From: a virus
Taxonomy: Duplodnaviria; Caudoviricetes
IMG/VR virus record: IMGVR_UViG_3300049136_000037
Span: 1 to 42,198 of that record
DNA length: 42,198 nucleotides
Strand: one strand, 5' to 3'
In this document: positions 36,157-42,198 of the stretch, one piece after another
How positions within the stretch are numbered: the first letter of the stretch is position 1
How the letters are laid out: every line of letters starts with the position of its first letter
The notes under the pieces: generated by a model
What the model was told of the DNA's origin: nothing
The model's input: the letters and a program-made list of their open reading frames with translations, nothing else
Databases searched by the model: none
Position numbers and translations under genes: made by a program

Positions 36157-36867
36157 TCATGACAGCAATAAGCCAGGGAAACTTTCTTGCTTCTGGACTC
36201 TGAACAACTCCGTAGCCTCTTCAGGGCCGCTATTGATTAGCCAGGCGATTTCCTTCAATCGATCATCATCAGGCACCAGGAAGAGCACACGCGGGTATAC
36301 GGCCATATCTGCCTCCGTGGCGTGTTGGTAAGCGTGCCAGTAACGGGCGAGCTTTTCCTTTAGTTGCTTTTGGCGCTCTGTGCCCATGTCTATTTCTATC
36401 CAGAGGCTAATACTCATGCGCTTGCTGGGGATGCCTAGTTCAACGTAGAGATCGGGGCGAAGGTCCGCACCTGCTATTACTCGCCACGTATCCGGCTCTG
36501 TTGCCATGCCTATTACTTCTATGGTCCCCTCACGTTCCAAGCGCTTCAGACCTATGAAGGCATCAGCTATAGCAAGCGTGTGATAGTGAACAGACCTGTA
36601 TGGGTAACCAGTCTCCCGCCCTATGTACTTACGTCCTTGTGTGCCGAGCTGGTACACGTAATGACCCGAGCCGGCCCCTGTTCCGCCGATGAGCCGCCGT
36701 TCAATCCGTGACAGATGACGAGACTTGAGAAGCCTATTTAGAGCACGGCTAGGACGTGTAGGGCTTGAACCACCATGGAAAAGAAGCTCCGAAATTTGGC
36801 CGGAAGTGAGCTGTCCAAAGCGGGAAACAGCCTGGACAATTTGACGGTCGCGATCGGTCGCAAACAT
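36157..36867 (-). CDS. Replication-relaxation (Replic_Relax, PF13814-like) family relaxase/replication protein
   Basis: N-terminal wHTH TDRDRQIV...LTSGQI..LLF...YQLGTQG; HTLAIAD; LRPDL...WIEIDMGTE...KLARY...FLVPD. Leaderless ATG 36867 after TACACT. Confidence 0.88.
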   Translation of the reverse strand: MFATDRDRQIVQAVSRFGQLTSGQISELLFHGGSSPTRPSRALNRLLKSRHLSRIERRLIGGTGAGSGHYVYQLGTQGRKYIGRETGYPYRSVHYHTLAIADAFIGLKRLEREGTIEVIGMATEPDTWRVIAGADLRPDLYVELGIPSKRMSISLWIEIDMGTERQKQLKEKLARYWHAYQHATEADMAVYPRVLFLVPDDDRLKEIAWLINSGPEEATELFRVQKQESFPGLLLS

Positions 36868-36996
36868 GCTCTTAGTGTATACGTGAGTAGTACGCGCGCC
36901 TAGAGCAATGTTTCCCCAGGTCAGACGCGGTTTGGGCGGTAGCGACCTCCACATCACCTGCACACCCGAAACCACACGACAGATGTGATTGCTTAT

Positions 36997-37052
36997 TTAT
37001 CCACAGCCGAGCAAAAAATAGTATTGCTTATTGTGCGCTAATGCTTCATAGT
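36997..37052 (+). promoter_or_regulatory. Promoter/operator copy 3 with perfect DnaA box, driving the rightward early operon
   Basis: TTATCCACAGCCGAGCAAAAAATAGTATTGCTTATT; TTGCTT-N17-CATAGT. Confidence 0.75.
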
Positions 37053-37160
37053 GATGCACAGCGAAAGCGAGCCAACAATTATTAGGGCTTATGCAATTAG
37101 CTAACTATCCAATAAACAGCACTAACAAAGGGGTAAGTATCATCATAAAGGATTCTCACA

Positions 37161-37418
37161 ATGCCAAAACCAATCACCTTCAAACGACCACCAAAGGTAA
37201 AGGGCCATGCGATGGTGCCTATGTATCTCAGAACTGACGAGATCGATAAGCAGATCGTCCAGGACTTCGCGGCCAGAGTCACAGAGACAGCAGGTATCAA
37301 AGTATCCTCAGCCAACGTCCTCATGACCAGCTTCTACCAACAGTGGCCTGAAGAACGCAAGAAAAAACTAAGACTAGAAAAGGAGGCATATGGCCGAAAA
37401 CGCACAAACAGCAGCTGA
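37161..37418 (+). CDS. Small putative DNA-binding regulator (ribbon-helix-helix-like)
   Basis: First gene after the promoter; beta strand (VPMYLRT) followed by two helices. Confidence 0.5.
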   Translation: MPKPITFKRPPKVKGHAMVPMYLRTDEIDKQIVQDFAARVTETAGIKVSSANVLMTSFYQQWPEERKKKLRLEKEAYGRKRTNSS

Positions 37419-38334
37419 TAAAGCTTCAACACAATGTATAGATCCCCAGCCGCCACAGATACCACCCGCAATCGCTAAGGCCTTGATAGCCGTCCAAAAG
37501 ACACTCAAGCCTCTTGAGCGATCAGCCGAGAACGAAGAGTACGGCAGTAGCTTTACACCTTTAGATGAGGTAGCGACGGCAGCGTATAAGTTGCTTGCCA
37601 AACACAAAATCGGTGTTTCGCAGCCGCTCACAACCCTGGATGGCTTAGCTGCAATCAGGACGATTCTGTTTTGTGAAGACGGGACCAGCTACCAGGACGT
37701 CACAAAACTAGCCCTAGCGAAGGTTGACCCGCAGAGCCACGCATCCGCGATCACTTATACACGAAGGTATGCGCTAATGGCGCAACTTGGTCTTACGTCT
37801 AAGAACGATGACGACGACGGCAACCGAGCTAGTGGAGTATTCCTGAAGCCAACCGACGAACAAATAGAGCAAATCAAGTCTCTATGTCTCGCTATGAACT
37901 ATTCCAGCAAGGACATTGCCGCTCAGGTATGGAAGATCAAGACTAGGGATCATGCAACGCTGACGATCCTGAACCTCAATAAGATGATCTCCCAGCGCGT
38001 AGGGGACATAGAGGCCTCCGATAGAGCACTGAAGATTGAACAGGGAGTGCCTGGCGGTGAACACATAACAGTAGTTACCGATGACGAGATCAACCAAGAT
38101 CCCGATTCTAAGAGCCTTGAGTATCGTCTAGACAACCTAGGACTGGCTAGCAAAGGGATGATCAATAAGTTCATCTTCTCAATCACGGGTAAGCCCTTCC
38201 TGACGAAGTGCACCCCTGCAGAGCGAAAATTACTGACTACCGCACTAAATGCTGTCGAGTCGGGGACACACGAGCTGCCCGATGAGTGGTACCCAAATAA
38301 CAAGCAGCCTGCCCCTAGGGAGCCGTCAGCATGA
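37390..38334 (+). CDS. erf: ERF family single-strand annealing recombinase
   Basis: DPQSHASAITYTRRYALMAQLGL...DDDG signature. Confidence 0.9.
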   Translation: MAENAQTAADKASTQCIDPQPPQIPPAIAKALIAVQKTLKPLERSAENEEYGSSFTPLDEVATAAYKLLAKHKIGVSQPLTTLDGLAAIRTILFCEDGTSYQDVTKLALAKVDPQSHASAITYTRRYALMAQLGLTSKNDDDDGNRASGVFLKPTDEQIEQIKSLCLAMNYSSKDIAAQVWKIKTRDHATLTILNLNKMISQRVGDIEASDRALKIEQGVPGGEHITVVTDDEINQDPDSKSLEYRLDNLGLASKGMINKFIFSITGKPFLTKCTPAERKLLTTALNAVESGTHELPDEWYPNNKQPAPREPSA

Positions 38335-38609
38335 CGCTACGAGAGCGCGCCCAGGAAACGATCTATCTGATCACTAGGGACCTTACGGCAAAAAGGCTAC
38401 GGGAAGTCGCCCGCCTTTTGCCGGTAGATGTAACCGAAGCAGCTGAGGAGTTCGCCTACGAGTTCCTACCAAGGGTTGCGCATCCATTCATACATGAGAT
38501 GACGGCGACCAATGTCAGTGTCCCCTACGAGCTCTATGAGATCGCCAAGGGACGCGAGTTGGCAGAGAACGAAACAAGTAATGAGGTGAGGACCTCGGAG
38601 AACAAGTAA
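38331..38609 (+). CDS. Hypothetical phage protein
   Basis: ATGA-coupled. Confidence 0.6.
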   Translation: MTLRERAQETIYLITRDLTAKRLREVARLLPVDVTEAAEEFAYEFLPRVAHPFIHEMTATNVSVPYELYEIAKGRELAENETSNEVRTSENK

Positions 38610-39050
38610 ATGTCCGCAAGAAAACGAATCAACAAGACTAAGTTCTACGCGATCAACCGGGACATCAAGATCCCTGGTAGTGCAGTGAAGACCATCGCCG
38701 CCGTCCATAACGTCAGCGAAGAGACAGTACGCACTATCAAACGTGCAAAGACATGGCCGCGATTCGAAGCCGCTAAAAAGCTGAAGAACGAACGCCGCCA
38801 GCCTACCCAGGTAAAAGAAGCGGTCAACCCTCAACTCGCCCTGGTGACTCCAGAGAAGCAGCTAGACGAGATCACTCAAGCACCTGAAAACCAAATCCGG
38901 CCGCTACCTTCCGAAGGACCAGCATCTGAGATCAAAGTACTAACCGTCAAAGAGTGGGAAGACATGAACCGAAAGGTGGGTCGTCTGCACACACTGGTTA
39001 CCTACAAGCGACGCAAATCACTCCTAAGCATTTTCCGGAGGACGAAGTAG
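38610..39050 (+). CDS. Putative HTH DNA-binding protein
   Basis: VKTIAAVHNVSEETVRTIKRAKTW HTH-like segment. Confidence 0.6.
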   Translation: MSARKRINKTKFYAINRDIKIPGSAVKTIAAVHNVSEETVRTIKRAKTWPRFEAAKKLKNERRQPTQVKEAVNPQLALVTPEKQLDEITQAPENQIRPLPSEGPASEIKVLTVKEWEDMNRKVGRLHTLVTYKRRKSLLSIFRRTK

Positions 39051-39284
39051 ATGGCGGGCACTAAGGCGGGTGGCCTAAAAGCGGCCGCCAAGAACTTAGC
39101 TAAGAACCCCAACTTCTACGCTGAGATCGGCGCGAAGGGCGGAGCGAACGGGACCACCGGCGGTTTCGCTGCATATATGGAATGCACATGCCGACGCATT
39201 AGAGGCTCACACCACAAAGCGCAGTGCGCGGGAGCCAAGGGCGGAGCCATAAGCCGCCGCAAAAAGGCAAGCACGAGCGCTTAG
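39051..39284 (+). CDS. KGG-repeat (general stress protein-like) small protein
   Basis: MAGTKAGGLKAAAKN...FYAEIGAKGG...GGFAA...AGAKGGAISRR. Confidence 0.8.
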   Translation: MAGTKAGGLKAAAKNLAKNPNFYAEIGAKGGANGTTGGFAAYMECTCRRIRGSHHKAQCAGAKGGAISRRKKASTSA

Positions 39285-39634
39285 GCACCTGGACGCTCGG
39301 CTTGCCAACATAAGCACCTTGAGAATTGGTTGGGTCCTACAACATATATTTTACGACCCAACCAACAGGGGTGAGCCTAAAAAGCCAACGAGACCATCCC
39401 TCCCCCGAAAGTCAATGAACAGGGGTAGGGGTCTAGCGAAGTCAGCAAAACATGTTGATGCGTCTATACAAGACGTAAATCCGGTGGTCTGACTAGCAAT
39501 CAGTCAAAAGCAGCTATTTTCGCCGCTCATGCCGTCTGCTGGAAAACTAACTAACTGTTAGCGGTTTACAACCAGCAGGCGGCTTGGGTTACGACCCACA
39601 GCATAAGGACGGTCAACCGTCAAGGAACAACAGA

Positions 39635-40051
39635 ATGAAAGAAATCAAACTCAAAGTTTGGGATACGAAGCATCAATGCTGGTGGAACTTTGACGACCCT
39701 GCCGGTGACTTAGATGAAGACGCAGTCGATCTTGGCGGTGGGCATGTCATCGAGTTCAAGATGCCCGAAAGACTCAAGCTGGTGCAGTACACAGGACGCC
39801 AGGACGAGAATGATGTCGAAATCTATGCAGGCGACATCATCACTCTCATCGATAAGGCGAGCGAGTATACAGAGAAGGTCAGTCGTGAGAAGTTCGGGGC
39901 CTTCATCGTGGAGTGGTCAGAACATCTATCCGGCTGGTACCCAAAGTCTTTGAACGGATACGAACCCGACGAAACTTGGTGGGATACCTGGGAAATCATG
40001 GTTATCGGCAACATCTACGAAAACCCTGAGCTGCTTGAGGGTAAGTCATGA
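39635..40051 (+). CDS. YopX family protein
   Basis: MKEIKLKVWD...QYTG..DENDVEIYAGDII...VIGNIYENPELL. Confidence 0.92.
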   Translation: MKEIKLKVWDTKHQCWWNFDDPAGDLDEDAVDLGGGHVIEFKMPERLKLVQYTGRQDENDVEIYAGDIITLIDKASEYTEKVSREKFGAFIVEWSEHLSGWYPKSLNGYEPDETWWDTWEIMVIGNIYENPELLEGKS

Positions 40052-40209
40052 AAGTCGCCTACCCCATCCTCATAGTCGTGGCTCTTGGCTTCGTTGTATG
40101 GGACATCCTCACGCTGAACATTGACATCTACACAGGCGTGGCATCCGCAGCGCTTTTCGCTCTCACAGTTGGTCTTGGTGCTTTAGAGAAGCGGGAGCAG
40201 CAGTTATGA
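40048..40209 (+). CDS. 53-aa two-TM membrane protein
   Basis: ATGA overlaps at both ends; MKVAYPILIVVALGFVVWDIL... Confidence 0.65.
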   Translation: MKVAYPILIVVALGFVVWDILTLNIDIYTGVASAALFALTVGLGALEKREQQL

Positions 40210-40502
40210 GCGAGTTTGATAAAGCGCTGGGAAACATCGACGTGAAGTACTCAGCCAAGATAAGGCTGATTCAGAAAACTACTGTCAGCGACGATGAAGT
40301 GCTAGCCCTATTTTTGAAGGCTAAGGCCGATAAGGACGAGGCCATCAAACAAGCAGTAGATAAGTATGTGATCGGGGCAAACGTAGAAGTGCCTCCGGGA
40401 CCGCGAGCAGCGGGCAAGTCCTACGCCACTATTCACAACCGCATCAAAGAAGCACAACGTAAAAAACTATGGGGCAACCACGAGGCTGGTGATGTCTCCT
40501 GA
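40206..40502 (+). CDS. Hypothetical phage protein
   Basis: Coupled within the operon. Confidence 0.6.
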   Translation: MSEFDKALGNIDVKYSAKIRLIQKTTVSDDEVLALFLKAKADKDEAIKQAVDKYVIGANVEVPPGPRAAGKSYATIHNRIKEAQRKKLWGNHEAGDVS

Positions 40503-41322
40503 GCGCCGCACTAGAAATCCCGAACGCGAGCACGCTCAAGACATTCGGTGGGCCGAGCTGCTAGAAGAAGCGCTCACTATGCCAGGAAGCATGGGCAAGA
40601 CCTACAACCGCTTCTACAACTACAGCTTCACTAATCAGCTCCTACTCTTCATGCAGGGTGTCAGAGAGCCTGTAGCGACGTATAAGCGCTGGCAGGACAT
40701 GGGCCGACAAGTACTGAAGGGCAGCAAGGCAAAGAGCATCCTGCGGCCTGTCGCTTACAAAGAGACGAACGATAAGGGCGAGGAAGAGTCTAAAGTCAAG
40801 GGCTTCAAAATGGTCAACTGCCTGTTCACCGCTTCCGAGACTGAAGGCAAGGAACTCCCGCCGTACGAGATCCCTGATTGGAATCCGGAGCTAGCACTGA
40901 AGAACCTCAACATCGAGGAAGTGCCGTGGGACGGACTGGACGGCAACAGCCAGGGTTACAGCTTCGGACGTAAGTTCGCACTCAACCCAGTAGCGGCCTA
41001 CCCACTGAAGACGATGATGCACGAGATAGCGCACATCGAACTCGGTCACACTGCCCCAGGGTTGGCGCAAAAGGAATACCAGCAGCACAGGGGCCTAAAA
41101 GAGTTCCAAGCCGAAACGACGGCCTACCTACTGATGAACGAGCTAGAAATGACTGAACACATGGACATGGCAGAAAGCCGCTCCTACGTGCAGCACTGGC
41201 TACATGGCTTGGAGCGGCCCGATGATGCATCTATCAAGCAGGTTTTGACGGCAACCGACAAGATACTGAAGGCAGGCCGATTTGAGCCAAGTAAGGAGAC
41301 CAATGATGAAGTACGGAATTAA
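40492..41322 (+). CDS. ArdC-like ssDNA-binding/antirestriction protein with C-terminal HExxH domain
   Basis: YSFTNQLL...VATYKRWQDMGRQVLKGSKA...LFTASET; HEIAH...EFQAETTAYL...SYVQHW. Confidence 0.85.
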   Translation: MSPERRTRNPEREHAQDIRWAELLEEALTMPGSMGKTYNRFYNYSFTNQLLLFMQGVREPVATYKRWQDMGRQVLKGSKAKSILRPVAYKETNDKGEEESKVKGFKMVNCLFTASETEGKELPPYEIPDWNPELALKNLNIEEVPWDGLDGNSQGYSFGRKFALNPVAAYPLKTMMHEIAHIELGHTAPGLAQKEYQQHRGLKEFQAETTAYLLMNELEMTEHMDMAESRSYVQHWLHGLERPDDASIKQVLTATDKILKAGRFEPSKETNDEVRN

Positions 41323-41539
41323 CTACGGCCCGGCAGCACGCAAGATATTCGCTGGTCGCCTAAACAAAGCCAACACCATGATGCTGGACGACAAGGAAGA
41401 TGTGACACTACACGCAATTGAAGCTGTTGGCCGCTACGTCATGGAGAATCATGCAGGCTCGGGAGCACTTGAGGTCGGGGACAAAGTATTAGTGATCGAA
41501 GCCCGATATGAGGATAAGCCTGATGCCACCCGAAGATGA
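41303..41539 (+). CDS. Hypothetical phage protein
   Basis: AAGGAG SD before ATGATG. Confidence 0.6.
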   Translation: MMKYGINYGPAARKIFAGRLNKANTMMLDDKEDVTLHAIEAVGRYVMENHAGSGALEVGDKVLVIEARYEDKPDATRR

Positions 41540-41816
41540 CTACGAAATCCTAGAGATCAATAAACCCTTGAATATTTAGCTGATTTCGTCATAATAGCGC
41601 CCAGAGAAATAGAAAGTAGTTGCCCGTCTGAGTTCGCTCAGGACCACCGCGTCAGACCGAGCTGTCATGACAGCGGCAACACTACCCCTCGTACCTTGCA
41701 ATCTTCCCTCACCTCTACTGCCGGTGCGGTCATGGTGGCAGTACGAAACCCCAGGATGTCTCGGGACATCAACCCAACGGAGGTGAGCAATAGAAATTAT
41801 TAGAAGGAGGTCATGC

Positions 41817-42198
41817 GTGAGCGTCTCAAGTGAAAAAGGAAAGAGCCTAGAAGATGAGGTTGCCAAGATCCTCAAGAAGAAACTTGGTGCACGAGTATCA
41901 AGGGACAAGCGGAGTGGCGCTGGTTCACATCAGAAGATGGACCTCAACGACTACTTCCAGGACACTCCCCTAGACATCGAATGCAAGAACCACAAGGCGA
42001 TCAAGATAAAAGAGTGGTTCAGGCAAGCAGTGGCCGGCTCCAGCATCAGCCGTATACCAACCGTCGTGTTTACGTCCGACGATGAAGTGCTAGCAACCGT
42101 CCGCTTCAGTGACCTAGTAGACCTACTTGCAGAAGCGCAGCAGCAGCGAGTTGAGATTGCGGACCTGAGGCGACCAGTCATAGATGAGGGCAAGGTCA
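41817..42198 (+). CDS. PD-(D/E)XK nuclease, Holliday-junction-resolvase-like; truncated by the window edge
   Basis: GTG after AGGAGG; SEKGKSLEDEVAKIL...SGAG...MDL...DIECKNH...EWFRQA. Confidence 0.8.
   Translation, partial: MSVSSEKGKSLEDEVAKILKKKLGARVSRDKRSGAGSHQKMDLNDYFQDTPLDIECKNHKAIKIKEWFRQAVAGSSISRIPTVVFTSDDEVLATVRFSDLVDLLAEAQQQRVEIADLRRPVIDEGKV

Larger units (their letters stand above)
258..42198. mobile_element. Temperate prophage (Mu-like head, siphovirus tail, serine integrase) carrying a relaxase/coupling-protein module; right end lies outside the window
   Basis: Integrase at the junction, ordered terminase-portal-head-tail-lysis genes, early recombination genes. Confidence 0.95.

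Noticed and set aside
41700-41790. CGAAAC next to a stem, suggesting a hammerhead ribozyme
   Set aside because: The required CUGANGA core is absent at the matching position.

Overview
The window holds the left junction and about 42 kb of a temperate siphovirus-like prophage. It is inserted into the Walker B codons of a host comM/yifB gene (1-~260, minus strand). The host looks actinobacterial (GC-rich flank, phage Lsr2, actinobacterial LexA box). Left to right: a split large serine integrase; small membrane genes plus a VirD4/TraG-like coupling ATPase; Lsr2; a lysis cassette; a non-contractile tail module with a -1 frameshifted tail chaperone; a Mu-like head module with terminase; a moron/defence block with an XhoI/PaeR7I-type restriction-modification pair, a LexA-boxed small gene and an HNH nuclease; a probable frameshift-fused membrane anchor plus transglycosylase-like gene downstream of a highly structured ~500-nt non-coding region; a control region with a thrice-repeated promoter/operator and DnaA boxes; a Replic_Relax relaxase-like gene; and an early operon (ERF, KGG, YopX, ArdC-like, PD-(D/E)XK) running off the right edge. 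The most striking point is that an essentially complete virion gene set coexists with a relaxase, a coupling protein and ArdC, suggesting a mobilizable phage/IME hybrid. Frameshifts in the integrase, major capsid and one tail-tip gene point to a grounded prophage or to assembly indels. All calls come from reading motifs by eye; no database searches or folding runs were done.
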